DNA of 64,000 nt from a virus. This document shows positions 10,318 through 20,329 of this stretch, one piece after another (position 1 is the first letter of the stretch; each line of letters begins with the position of its first letter). Both the position numbers and the translations under genes were made by a program. The DNA lies in the IMG/VR virus record IMGVR_UViG_3300030202_002822; one strand, written 5' to 3'. Below the pieces are notes generated by a model that searched no databases, was not told the origin of the DNA, and saw only the letters and a program-made list of their open reading frames with translations.

Positions 10318-11133
10318 TTATGTTTTTACATCCTCGTAGCTTATATTTCTTTCTGTTTGATGAAAGTATTCTTTTTTAGCTTGTTCTAACCACCAGTTAG
10401 CTTCAAGTGTATCCATTTCTTCTCTGTAGTTTGCAAATAATGAATCTTCTCTTTGATTCTGATGCTTATACCCAAATCTTGGAATAACCATAACCTTTAC
10501 AGCGTTAAAAGTCATCCTTAATAAGAATTCATAAATGAATGTTAATTTGATGTTTGATTTAAAACCACCAAAGTCTTTAACCGCCTCTGTTTTCATTACA
10601 AGTCCGTCTATGTTAAAGTTTTGAAATGATAATAAAGAATTATTATCAAGAACCCCTAATTCGTCTGAAAAACTATTAGCCCAAACCGCTTCATTTGTGA
10701 AGCCCATGAAAGCACCATCTTCTGAATTTACATCAATGATAATTGGTAAAAATATTTCAACGTCTGAATGCGCTTCTCTATATTCGACAACATTCTTAAA
10801 CCATTTACTTGAGTATTCATCATCAAATTCAAGGAAGCTAAACCATTCCGTTTTAACTTCATTTACTCCGTAATTAAGTTGAGATTGAACGTCTGTATTG
10901 CCTGGGTTGCTTACAACTCTGACAATATCTTTAACATTTCCAAAATCAAAAGTTTTCATTAAATTTTCAACATCTGAACCAGCTGGAACCACAATAAGTA
11001 CTTCGTCTGGTTTAACCTCTTGAGAGTCAACACTTTTTAATGCGTCACTAAGTAGTTTATGTTCTTTTTCACCGTTTAATTTATGAACGGGAATTACTAC
11101 ACTGATATTAGTTTTTGTATCTTTTTTAGTCAT
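10318..11133 (-). CDS. Glycosyltransferase family 2 (GT-A)
   Basis: 'ISVVIPVH', 'QLNYGV', 'FSFLEFDDEY' DxD motif. Confidence 0.85.
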   Translation of the reverse strand: MTKKDTKTNISVVIPVHKLNGEKEHKLLSDALKSVDSQEVKPDEVLIVVPAGSDVENLMKTFDFGNVKDIVRVVSNPGNTDVQSQLNYGVNEVKTEWFSFLEFDDEYSSKWFKNVVEYREAHSDVEIFLPIIIDVNSEDGAFMGFTNEAVWANSFSDELGVLDNNSLLSFQNFNIDGLVMKTEAVKDFGGFKSNIKLTFIYEFLLRMTFNAVKVMVIPRFGYKHQNQREDSLFANYREEMDTLEANWWLEQAKKEYFHQTERNISYEDVKT

Positions 11134-11139
11134 AATATT

Positions 11140-12258
11140 TTATTTTTTATTTTCTAAAACTTTAATTGTATTATTTAATTCTTCTTTTCTACCCTCTATT
11201 AATGAGCCGTAAACTTCTTCCACCTTAGCTTTTTGTTTAGTTGTAGTGTATACATCTTTACTGTCTTCCATACCTTCTATTAAGTCTTGAGGTACTGAAT
11301 CTTCTAACCAAACTTTTAAGTAGGTTGCTATTAATTCTGGAATATTTAAATGAGTGTTTGTCCAAACTCCATTATTCTTAATACTCTTATTACCTTCTTC
11401 ATCAGTATTTTCCATCCATTCTGGTATCATGTTTGGCATTTTACCGATAACAGGCGTATTAGATTGCATTGCTTCAAGTGGGAATGTCCCAAAACCAGAA
11501 GAGTCGTCTATCCATACACTTAAACATGATTGACCTAATTCTGCGGCGAACTGCTCTCTACTTAAATTCCTTAACTCTTTAAATGTAATCCATTTATATA
11601 GTGGATATTGCAAATAAAACATCTTAGCAATTTTAGCTGCAACACCTTGCTCTCTAGTAGAAATAGTAACTACAGGGATTTTTGGTTTATCAGATGGTTT
11701 AAAGTATTCTGGAATACTAACAGGTATAACTTTACTCCTTGTTGATGGAAATAAAGATGAAATGTAGTCAGCTTGTTTTTGACTTGTTGTAATAACGTCA
11801 TTAAAACCGTAATCAGACCATCTTCTACCTAGTGGTAGTAATTCCAATAAGTAATCATAACTTTGTGAAAGTACAATTTTTTTGCATGGGAATTTTTTTG
11901 CTTGGTCCATAACATTAGCAAATATTTCTGGAACTACAAGAAAATCTTGTGCATTAATTTTAATACCTTGGGTTTCAATTGAAACGTGTGGTAATTCTGC
12001 ATATTCTTCACCTAACCAATCAGCTAATCCCATACCTTCAGCATCACCTCTTAATTTATAGTCATCTTTTTCATGTAGTATTTTAGCGTCATAACCTAAT
12101 TCTCTTAATAACTTAACATGTTCGTAGATGTTAGCGATACCTGCAGTTGCGTTACCTCTAGTATCTAGAGTAAAGAAGTATATACCAAAGTCTTTATTAT
12201 CTAACTTTGCCAATACATTCTCAACTAACTCTTTTTGTTGTTTTTCTTGTTCTTCCAT
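11140..12258 (-). CDS. GT-B fold (GT4-like) glycosyltransferase
   Basis: 'GIANIYEHV..L..LGY.A.I', 'VVPEIF', 'SGFGTFPLEAMQSNTPVIG' GT4 signature. Confidence 0.8.
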   Translation of the reverse strand: MEEQEKQQKELVENVLAKLDNKDFGIYFFTLDTRGNATAGIANIYEHVKLLRELGYDAKILHEKDDYKLRGDAEGMGLADWLGEEYAELPHVSIETQGIKINAQDFLVVPEIFANVMDQAKKFPCKKIVLSQSYDYLLELLPLGRRWSDYGFNDVITTSQKQADYISSLFPSTRSKVIPVSIPEYFKPSDKPKIPVVTISTREQGVAAKIAKMFYLQYPLYKWITFKELRNLSREQFAAELGQSCLSVWIDDSSGFGTFPLEAMQSNTPVIGKMPNMIPEWMENTDEEGNKSIKNNGVWTNTHLNIPELIATYLKVWLEDSVPQDLIEGMEDSKDVYTTTKQKAKVEEVYGSLIEGRKEELNNTIKVLENKK

Positions 12259-12288
12259 TCTTAAAATTTAATTGTTGTTTTATTATTA

Positions 12289-12639
12289 TTATATTTCTTT
12301 TATTATTCCGTATTGTAATAGTGTATTGAAGCTTAATTTAAATGGTAGTGACAAGCTTTCTAATGCTCTATCCACACCTAGTTCATCGTCAATTTCATCT
12401 TGTGTTGATAAAATAACTTCAAACAAGACTCTAATAACTTCATATTTAGCCATGTCAATTTCCCTAACTTTATCACGCACCTTGGTAAATTCTTCGGTTG
12501 TTACTACTTTGTCGTCTTTATCTAAGGTTACCTTTTTTTCAATTTCTATAACCTTATCTCCGTTATTAACCTTACTTGTGATAAGGTCATCAAGTGCCTC
12601 TAAATCTACAGCATAGTCTATTCCTCCTATTCCTAACAT
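12289..12639 (-). CDS. Hypothetical protein
   Basis: 116-aa ORF packed between co-oriented genes. Confidence 0.6.
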   Translation of the reverse strand: MLGIGGIDYAVDLEALDDLITSKVNNGDKVIEIEKKVTLDKDDKVVTTEEFTKVRDKVREIDMAKYEVIRVLFEVILSTQDEIDDELGVDRALESLSLPFKLSFNTLLQYGIIKEI

Positions 12640-12640
12640 A

Positions 12641-13258
12641 TTAGTCTATATTTTCGTAAGTTGTTATTTTTGTGTTTAAAATTTTATCTCTAAGGTCTTC
12701 GTCATTTATAAAATCTAAAATAGAGTCTAATTCAAAGTCAGACTTGCTGTCTACATTATATGCTGTATTTACTTTAATTGATAATTTACCTTCTGGCTTG
12801 GCTTCGAGAGCCTTTGGACACGTAGTTATTAATACGTCAATACCCTTCCAGTAGTCTTCATATTCCTGTACGAATCTGATATTTTCAGCTCTACAAGATA
12901 ATTTTGATAAAAAGAAAAGTGTTGATGGTATGCTTCTGTGAATCTCCCTTGATACTATTTCAATCTCATGTTCTTCTTCGTCTTTAATATCCATTAAAAA
13001 GATATTAAACTTAGTCATGAGGTTGTCATGTTTTTGGTCTCCGTGACCAAATATTTCTAGCGATACTTCGTCATACATGAATCTATTCAAAGCATCAACC
13101 GAATCAAATTTAAAGTATTCTAAAAACGATTCTGCTTCGATTGATTTAATATCGTCAATCATGTATCCTGTGTCTGGTGATATGTACTTTTCGTAAGTGT
13201 ATAAAAACTGACCTACAAAATCACGCAATATTTCGTTTAAACTTACTCCTATTCTCAT
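12641..13258 (-). CDS. HAD/5'(3')-deoxyribonucleotidase-like protein with degenerate catalytic motifs
   Basis: N-terminus 'MRIGVSLNEILRDF' aligns with HAD 'IG(I/V)DxDGVL.DF'; 'DVLITTCP' aligns with 'DxLIDDxP'. Confidence 0.55.
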   Translation of the reverse strand: MRIGVSLNEILRDFVGQFLYTYEKYISPDTGYMIDDIKSIEAESFLEYFKFDSVDALNRFMYDEVSLEIFGHGDQKHDNLMTKFNIFLMDIKDEEEHEIEIVSREIHRSIPSTLFFLSKLSCRAENIRFVQEYEDYWKGIDVLITTCPKALEAKPEGKLSIKVNTAYNVDSKSDFELDSILDFINDEDLRDKILNTKITTYENID

Positions 13259-13265
13259 ATTGTTA

Positions 13266-13295
13266 ATAATAAGGAGATAGGTGATTAAAGTAAAC
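13266..13295 (-). promoter_or_regulatory. Early sigma70-type promoter upstream of the HAD-like gene
   Basis: (G)TTTACT-N17-TATTAT on minus strand. Confidence 0.45.
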
Positions 13296-13296
13296 T

Positions 13297-14196
13297 CTAA
13301 ATTCTAAAATTTCTTTTAAAATATATTTTTATTCTTCTAATAAGTGTTGGTTTTTTCTTAATGCGTCGTTTTTGTTGACCATTAAGTGTGCTTTTATTAA
13401 TTAATGGCTTAATGTTTTCTTCTTTCTTAGCGTGTTTAGCTTCAATCTTAGCTGCGTAAATATCATTACTACTTGTCATATAGTTTTTAAGTATTTTTGT
13501 GATAATTGGGTTTCTAACTATATCCTCAACTCCAAACTCAAAAAAACCAATATCGTCAATATTTCTGTGTTTTTCCATTGCATCGTAAAGTCCGCTATCT
13601 TTAACGCTCTTATATTTATCTGATTGGTCAAGGTCACCAGAAAGTATAAACTTAGTATTCTTTCCTATCCTAGTTAAAAGCGTTTTAACCTGCCCTGGCG
13701 ACATGTTCTGAACTTCTTCCATGACAAGTATACTATTATCAATAGTCTTACCTCTAAGGAAGCCTAATGGCTCTACTTGAATTATATCATTTTCTTGTAA
13801 TTGTATTCTTTTAGGTTTACCAACTATCTTATCAAGAATGTCAATTGATGATGCAACAACTGGCTCCATTTTCTCTTCAAGTGTACCTGGTAAGTGACCG
13901 TAGTTTTCACCAGCTGATTCAATAGGTTTTGATATAACAATATTTTGATATGGTGTACTTTTGTTTTGGACCAATTCTAATGCTCTAGCTATTGCTACGT
14001 ATGACTTACCAACACCAGCTGGTCCAGCAGCTATTACTATTTCTTTTTCCGTTATAAGTCTTGAAAATTCTTTTTGTTTCTCATTCTTACACTTAAGTCT
14101 ATGTTTAGTGTCAACAATTTTATTTATTATTTTTTCATTTGCAAATTCATCTTCGTAACTTACATTTTTCATACTCCTGGTATTTCTTTTAGCCAT
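13297..14196 (-). CDS. phoH: PhoH-family ATPase
   Basis: Walker A GPAGVGKS; 'G.LPG.L.EK..P'; 'LRGKT'; 'EEVQN'; 'GDLDQSD'; 'DIVRNP'. Confidence 0.95.
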   Translation of the reverse strand: MAKRNTRSMKNVSYEDEFANEKIINKIVDTKHRLKCKNEKQKEFSRLITEKEIVIAAGPAGVGKSYVAIARALELVQNKSTPYQNIVISKPIESAGENYGHLPGTLEEKMEPVVASSIDILDKIVGKPKRIQLQENDIIQVEPLGFLRGKTIDNSILVMEEVQNMSPGQVKTLLTRIGKNTKFILSGDLDQSDKYKSVKDSGLYDAMEKHRNIDDIGFFEFGVEDIVRNPIITKILKNYMTSSNDIYAAKIEAKHAKKEENIKPLINKSTLNGQQKRRIKKKPTLIRRIKIYFKRNFRI

Positions 14197-14201
14197 AACT
14201 T

Positions 14202-15161
14202 TTATTTACGTTCTTTGTTTTTATACTTATTTTCTAGGGTTTCTTCTTTATACTTTTCTAATAAATATTCACCGTTTACTGTAACGTTGCATTTAAATTT
14301 AATAACGTAATTACCGTCAAATTCAATTATTTTATCAAATGATTTGATATTATATTCATAATAATGAAAATCCTTAGAGCCAACTGTTTTGTAACTTACA
14401 AACCCTACCGTTTTAATGTCAAGCATGTCCGAACTTCTTGGATTTTTAATAGCTCTTTTTAGTTCAGAAATAAACAACCTACTTTTTCTATTATATTCAT
14501 CTGGGTATCTACTAACGTAAAATTCTAATAATTTTTCACTATCACTAATATCTCTAATATTTAATTTAGTGGTGTATTTTTCTATTTCAAATTTAGGTAT
14601 AAATTCTCTAGCAACGTCAATTAATCTATTGCTTTTAATTGTTGAGTGATAGTCACTATTAGATATTTCACCGATACTAGTTCTGGTGTTTCCGCTTGAA
14701 TCGCTAATCTTGTTTTCTACGACTTGATTATCTGTATAACCACTAATGCTGTCATTAAGTGTTTCATTAATACCTAACACAATCTCTTCATTGTTGACCA
14801 CCATACCTAGTGGGTATTCATCATGGTTATCTAACTTAACCTTACTTAATAGTAGTCTATCACTACCCTCAGTAGGGTTTATAGTTTCGATTGTGTGATA
14901 CCCTTCTTCATCAGTACTTGTTATATTAACTTTAACTTTATCTACTGCTCCGAGTATTTTGTACATTCTCCATCTAAGGTTTTTTACCTCTTGCGTTACT
15001 TCTCCGTTTATTAAATTATACTCAAGAGTACCTTTTTTATGACTTTGCTCCGCATTTACACCGTCGTTAACCACTAATCCTTGTTGACCTAGTGTGTTTT
15101 TTTCTACACTAGATACCGCTAAGGAGAATACTGCCATTTGCCTTTTAATCCAATTCATCAT
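14202..15161 (-). CDS. Hypothetical protein, 319 aa
   Basis: Long ORF overlapping the fcl stop by 1 nt; no motif recognised. Confidence 0.7.
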   Translation of the reverse strand: MMNWIKRQMAVFSLAVSSVEKNTLGQQGLVVNDGVNAEQSHKKGTLEYNLINGEVTQEVKNLRWRMYKILGAVDKVKVNITSTDEEGYHTIETINPTEGSDRLLLSKVKLDNHDEYPLGMVVNNEEIVLGINETLNDSISGYTDNQVVENKISDSSGNTRTSIGEISNSDYHSTIKSNRLIDVAREFIPKFEIEKYTTKLNIRDISDSEKLLEFYVSRYPDEYNRKSRLFISELKRAIKNPRSSDMLDIKTVGFVSYKTVGSKDFHYYEYNIKSFDKIIEFDGNYVIKFKCNVTVNGEYLLEKYKEETLENKYKNKERK

Positions 15162-16069
15162 TATTTCCTAATATTAGGGTAGTTATCTTCAAACCATTTA
15201 ACAGTTTCTCTAATACCTGTTTCGATTGGGGTAAATTTGTAGTCTGGTAAATAGTTTTTAATTTTTTTATTATCACTTGGTTTTCTTAATTGTCCGTCTG
15301 GCTTATCCGAAAGCCATTTAACATTACCTTTATAATTCATTTCACTTATTATTATATCTACCAAGTTCTTTATTGAAACCTCTTCTGAGGTTGATAATAT
15401 AATAGGTTCGTTTTCATTATAATTTTCTAAAACCCATCTGGTTAATTTAGCAACGTCTTTATTAAAAATAAACTCTCTAAGGGGTTTACCGCTACCCCAT
15501 ACTTCAAAGTCTGAATTAGTTTCTCTAGCTATAAAACACTTGTGTATTAGGCTTGGCACTACGTGTCCGTTTGTAATATCAAAGTTATCATTTGGTCCGT
15601 ATATGTTTGTTGGTATTACAGACTTATAGTTTAAACCGTATTGCTCCCTATACGCTCTTATTTGAACTTCTGCCATTCTCTTTGAGTATGCATAAGCATC
15701 GTTGCTAGGGTGAGGTGGACCTAAATTAATTTTATCTTCAGTTAGCGGATATTCTATATTATCTGGAAATACACAAGTAGATAGAAATACAACTAAGTTT
15801 TTAACTTCAGCTATTCTACATGATTCAATAACATTTGTGTTCATCATTATGTTTTGATAAAAAAACTCACCTTTTTTTGTCATGTTTGCACCTAAACCAC
15901 CAACTTTAGCCGCTGTGTGTATTACTGCGTCCCAATCTTTTTTTATTATATGGTAGGCTTCTCTTTGGTTTATCAAATTATAATCTTTTGAGTTTATTTT
16001 TTGATAATCTCCACCTTTAAATTGTGACCCAACAAGACCATTTCCACCAGTAACTAAAATTCTATTCAT
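15161..16069 (-). CDS. fcl: GDP-L-fucose synthase
   Basis: GxxGxxG (TGGNGLVG), 'AAKVGG', 'LSTCVFP', YxxxK (YAYSKR), 'PTNIYGP', 'WGSGKPLREF'. Confidence 0.95.
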   Translation of the reverse strand: MNRILVTGGNGLVGSQFKGGDYQKINSKDYNLINQREAYHIIKKDWDAVIHTAAKVGGLGANMTKKGEFFYQNIMMNTNVIESCRIAEVKNLVVFLSTCVFPDNIEYPLTEDKINLGPPHPSNDAYAYSKRMAEVQIRAYREQYGLNYKSVIPTNIYGPNDNFDITNGHVVPSLIHKCFIARETNSDFEVWGSGKPLREFIFNKDVAKLTRWVLENYNENEPIILSTSEEVSIKNLVDIIISEMNYKGNVKWLSDKPDGQLRKPSDNKKIKNYLPDYKFTPIETGIRETVKWFEDNYPNIRK

Positions 16070-17061
16070 TAAATTAATTCTTTTTTAACTTTATAATATT
16101 CTAACCAATATTCAACCATTTCGTCAAGCATGGTTTCAAAAGTATATTTAGGTTTCCACCCTACTTTATTTCTAAGTTTACTTGAGTCTCCTTTAAGGTC
16201 TTTAAGTTCTTCTGGTCTTAAGTGTTTAGGGTCAATTTTAACGTAATCTTGCCACTTTAAATCTAGGGTTTTGAATGTGTAAAAACATAAATCTCTAACA
16301 GAGTGTGAAACTCCTGTAGAGCATACGTAGTCACCTGGTTCGTCAGTCTGTAGCATAAGCCACATTGCTTCACAGTAATCTTTAGCGTGTCCCCAGTCTC
16401 TAGTAGCTTCAAGGTTACCTAAATGTAGTTCAGTTTGTAAACCTAATTTAATTCTTACCGCAGCCTTTACTACTTTGTTTGTAACAAAGTTAGTTCCCCT
16501 TCTAGGTGATTCGTGATTGAATAGTATCCCGTTCCATATTTTCATGTTATATGAATTACGGTAATTGTTACAGATGTTATAAGAAAATACTTTAGCACAA
16601 CCATATGGTGATACTGGCGTCATAGGTGTTGTTTCTCGTTGAAACCCGTCTTCATCAATATTATTACCAAACATTTCAGAAGAACTAGCTTGATAAAATT
16701 TTGAATTAGGTGATACCATTCTAATCGCCTCCAATAGATTTAGGGTACCAAGTCCAGTTGCGTTAGCTGTGTATATTGGTTGGTCAAAACTTACTCTAAC
16801 ATGAGATTGAGCAGCCAGGTTGTATATCTCATCTGGTTGTATTTTTTGTAAGACCCTAACCAGTGACGCCATGTCTGTTAAGTCTGCGTATTCTAAATTT
16901 ATTAACTCCTTTTCTCTAAGGTGTTCAATCCTGGTGGTTTGTGTTTCAGATACTGAATTTCTTTTGACAGTCCCCCAAACATCATACCCCTTATTTACTA
17001 ATAATTCTGCCAAGTAAGAACCGTCTTGTCCGTTAATACCAGTGATTAAAGCTTTTTTCAT
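16069..17061 (-). CDS. gmd: GDP-mannose 4,6-dehydratase
   Basis: 'ALITGINGQDGSYLAE', 'YNLAAQSHV', 'QASSSEMFG', 'PYGCAK', 'NHESPRRG..FVT', 'RDWGHAKDY'. Confidence 0.97.
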   Translation of the reverse strand: MKKALITGINGQDGSYLAELLVNKGYDVWGTVKRNSVSETQTTRIEHLREKELINLEYADLTDMASLVRVLQKIQPDEIYNLAAQSHVRVSFDQPIYTANATGLGTLNLLEAIRMVSPNSKFYQASSSEMFGNNIDEDGFQRETTPMTPVSPYGCAKVFSYNICNNYRNSYNMKIWNGILFNHESPRRGTNFVTNKVVKAAVRIKLGLQTELHLGNLEATRDWGHAKDYCEAMWLMLQTDEPGDYVCSTGVSHSVRDLCFYTFKTLDLKWQDYVKIDPKHLRPEELKDLKGDSSKLRNKVGWKPKYTFETMLDEMVEYWLEYYKVKKELI

Positions 17062-17199
17062 ATAGTATTAATATAGTGATAAAGTAAATAAAATAAATAG
17101 TTAGGTTGAGGTTGATGTGTGGTTTAATTAATTATGTTACCTTATGTGAGTATATATAAAAAATAAACCTTAATTCATTTTCGACCCAGTTGTTTATCT

Positions 17200-18051
17200 T
17201 TATAAATAAAGATGCTTACCTTGTCCATTATATGCTAAAAAATCTATACCATTTAATTGTTTATCTTTTATTTGATAATTAGTCCAGTCACCAAAAAAAG
17301 GTCTACCAACGTCTATTATACCAGCTATAGCGTCAACACCGCTACCAATATCTAAATAGATAGCTTTTTTATATTTTTTAAGTCTATGTAGTAATCCAGA
17401 TTTAACATGACCAATTCCCAATAAAAAAATATCAGAATTAGAATTTTTTAATTGTTCTCCAATCATTTTTTCAGTTGCATCTAAATCATCACATGCAAAT
17501 TTTTGTGGTATTTTAATATAGTCATTAAATTTATCTAAACCTAGATATTCTTGGTATTTTTCATGTTTCATTAAGTCTTTTACTAAATCAATCTTTTCTG
17601 AAGCACCTATGATTCCAATTTTACCATTAAAAGTTTTAAATAACCATTTATTGGAGACTAACCCGTAAACAAATTCTGCTGGATAATCTAGCTTTATACT
17701 TGGCATAACTGCATGAAATAATTGTCTGTTTTTTGGGTATATTTCACAGGTATAATAATCATTTAAAATAGCACCATCTTTAAAATCTTGATGGTTTATT
17801 TGATTATAAGGTTTACCGATAGCTCTTCTGCCAATTCCAGCCGACCCAAATGATTGACCTCTTAAAAAATAATAATCACCGTCACCAAATTTATAAAATG
17901 TTTTACATTCTTTATTATTAACCATTTGAGTTAATGATTCTTTAAATACCTCAAGCTCTTCTTGAAAAGTTGGATAAGTGTCTCCCTTGGTAAAACAACT
18001 ATCTTGGTCTAAGTTAATAGTGCCATTTATTTTATACAAATCTAAATACAT
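17200..18051 (-). CDS. GT-D fold (DUF1792-like) glycosyltransferase
   Basis: 'FYKFGDGD' resembles the GT-D RFGDGE motif; 'FLLGIG...LDIGS' at C-terminus. Start moved from 18096 to ATG 18051 to remove overlap. Confidence 0.55.
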   Translation of the reverse strand: MYLDLYKINGTINLDQDSCFTKGDTYPTFQEELEVFKESLTQMVNNKECKTFYKFGDGDYYFLRGQSFGSAGIGRRAIGKPYNQINHQDFKDGAILNDYYTCEIYPKNRQLFHAVMPSIKLDYPAEFVYGLVSNKWLFKTFNGKIGIIGASEKIDLVKDLMKHEKYQEYLGLDKFNDYIKIPQKFACDDLDATEKMIGEQLKNSNSDIFLLGIGHVKSGLLHRLKKYKKAIYLDIGSGVDAIAGIIDVGRPFFGDWTNYQIKDKQLNGIDFLAYNGQGKHLYL

Positions 18052-18056
18052 AGTTT

Positions 18057-18680
18057 TTATTTTAATTCCCAAATAGCTAAACTTTTTCTCCACCAAAATT
18101 TAAAGTCTACCTTACCTTTTGATGAGTTTAAAAATTTACTAGTTAATTCTTTATTTTTAATAAACCCGTGTGATATAAGTAAAGAATCTACTTCGTCTTG
18201 TTTCAAAGGGTTCAAATGTTGTATATGTTCATCATGTTTAATGTCATTAACACCTCCAGTATCTGACCAAGATATTATTAAGTATTTACCGCAAATTCTT
18301 TTAAGATTTTCTATAAATATGTCAGCATAATCTGGGTCAATATGCTCACCTGTTTCTGTACAATTAATAATATCATATTTTTTATCATGATTTAACACGT
18401 CTCTTAAATCATGAGTAATTATATTGTCTTTTATTGAATTGTCTGCAGCATCTTTTTGCCATTCAAAGTACTCTAGCCCAAGTAAATCTATACTTGGGTT
18501 ATTTTTATGAATATGGTATAATAATGGACCGTTAGCGCATCCAGCGTCACATAAACTATTAATATTATCTAACTCGAAAGTTTCATTTAAACACATGTAA
18601 TAATCATTATATGGTTTTAGGTCTAATCGTATTTCATCTTCTTTGATGTATCTGTTATCTATATAAATTTTATTTACCAT
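18057..18680 (-). CDS. Class I SAM-dependent methyltransferase
   Basis: 'LCDAGCANG' SAM motif, 'YDIINCTETGEHI'. Confidence 0.85.
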   Translation of the reverse strand: MVNKIYIDNRYIKEDEIRLDLKPYNDYYMCLNETFELDNINSLCDAGCANGPLLYHIHKNNPSIDLLGLEYFEWQKDAADNSIKDNIITHDLRDVLNHDKKYDIINCTETGEHIDPDYADIFIENLKRICGKYLIISWSDTGGVNDIKHDEHIQHLNPLKQDEVDSLLISHGFIKNKELTSKFLNSSKGKVDFKFWWRKSLAIWELK

Positions 18681-18691
18681 ATTTTATTTTT

Positions 18692-19636
18692 TTATTTTAA
18701 TAACTTATAATACCAATTATATGTATTTTCAATACCCTCTTCAAGGTCTACTTCACAATTAAATCCTAATTCACATAATGCTGAAGAATCTGAATGTGTT
18801 TTTAACACATCACCAACCCTACTTGGTTTACTAATAACATTAGGTTTATTTTTAGATTTTGACTCTATGATTTCTTTTACGTTTTTTAATGAATAGTTAT
18901 TACCACCAGCGGCATTAAAACATTTACCGTTAAATTTACCATCATAATCACCAACGATAAAATTAGCTTTACAAATATCACTCACATACGTGAAATCTCT
19001 ACTTTGTGAACCGTCTCCGTCTAGCCTAATATCATTGTTATTAATATAACCTTTTATCCAGGCACAAATAACTGTTGCGTATGCGTTTTCAGCATATTGG
19101 TTTGGACCGTATACATTAAAATACCTTAAACAAACGGTGTCTAGTTCATATAATTCTGACCACAACCTACAATAATCCTCCATAATTGATTTTTGTAAAG
19201 CATAAGGAGATTTAGGTGATTTTTTTTCCATTTCAGTTGTTGGAAACGTATTAACATCACCATAAACAGATGATGAAGAACTAAATACAAATCTTTTAAC
19301 ACCACTGTTTTTACAATTTTGTAAAAATTTTAGTGTGTTTGTAACGTTACCATCATTAGTCTCTATAGGGTATTCAACAGAATAAAATACTCTAGGTATT
19401 GCAGCGAAATGATACACTGTATCTACATCAGTCAAATCAATATTTACATAATCATCTTTAATAAATATAAATCTATCTGTGTGTTTATTTTCTAAATTAG
19501 AAATAAAGTCTTTATTACTATCTCCACTATTGAAATTATCAACACCTATTATTTTATAATCACTATTATCTAATAGGAATTTAACCATATTACTACCGAT
19601 AAAACCACCAGCACCACTAACTAAAACTTTTTTCAT
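18692..19636 (-). CDS. NAD-dependent nucleotide-sugar epimerase/dehydratase (extended SDR)
   Basis: 'VSGAGGFIGS', 'FSSSSSVYG', 'SPYALQK', 'LRYFNVYGP', 'GDGSQSRDF'. Confidence 0.93.
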   Translation of the reverse strand: MKKVLVSGAGGFIGSNMVKFLLDNSDYKIIGVDNFNSGDSNKDFISNLENKHTDRFIFIKDDYVNIDLTDVDTVYHFAAIPRVFYSVEYPIETNDGNVTNTLKFLQNCKNSGVKRFVFSSSSSVYGDVNTFPTTEMEKKSPKSPYALQKSIMEDYCRLWSELYELDTVCLRYFNVYGPNQYAENAYATVICAWIKGYINNNDIRLDGDGSQSRDFTYVSDICKANFIVGDYDGKFNGKCFNAAGGNNYSLKNVKEIIESKSKNKPNVISKPSRVGDVLKTHSDSSALCELGFNCEVDLEEGIENTYNWYYKLLK

Positions 19637-19651
19637 ATTTTTTTTTATTTT

Positions 19652-20329
19652 TTATACTATATGCCACCCAAAACTTTGATGGTCATTCCTTAAAATACCT
19701 AATTCATTTAATTCAAATTTATTTATTTCGTTTTCATTTATAAATTCATACAAATGTTTTTCAGAACTTTTATGTCTTACTTTTAAATTATTAACATCAA
19801 TAGTATCAACAAACTTTTTGAAGGTTTCACTTTTCATGCTAAATAACATATCATTATATAATAAGTCTGCTGATTTACTTTCTTTATAATTTAAATAGTA
19901 AAATGGTGGGTTAGACATAACCGCATTATATGTATTAAAATAAGAATCTAGTTTATCAAAATACAAACTATTTGGTATAATGTGTCTGGCAGTAAAATAA
20001 GTAACCCAATTATAATCATTAATGTTAACACTTAAGAAAGATTTCCTACACATATCATGTTCCCCAGCGCCTTTATTAATTTCGCCGTGGTTGTTGTTGT
20101 GTAGGATAGTATTTAAACTTTTTAATTGTTCCTTTAATTCAGCGTTTTCTAATTCATCTAGAGATGATAAACTATTATCATTATAAATAATGTCCCAATT
20201 ATTTGGTAGTGATTTGAGTAGCCATTTTAATGATAAATTATAATTAGCCTCTCTTTCCAATAACTTATCTTTTGGAAAATTACTTGGCCTTAGGCTACTA
20301 AAACATAATATTAAATTTTTTTTATCCAT
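19652..20329 (-). CDS. Putative GT-A-like glycosyltransferase
   Basis: Operon context; 'IIYNDNS', 'NKGAGE', 'YFTARH' reminiscent of NKG.GE/K.TGRY proteins in glycan loci. Confidence 0.4.
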   Translation of the reverse strand: MDKKNLILCFSSLRPSNFPKDKLLEREANYNLSLKWLLKSLPNNWDIIYNDNSLSSLDELENAELKEQLKSLNTILHNNNHGEINKGAGEHDMCRKSFLSVNINDYNWVTYFTARHIIPNSLYFDKLDSYFNTYNAVMSNPPFYYLNYKESKSADLLYNDMLFSMKSETFKKFVDTIDVNNLKVRHKSSEKHLYEFINENEINKFELNELGILRNDHQSFGWHIV

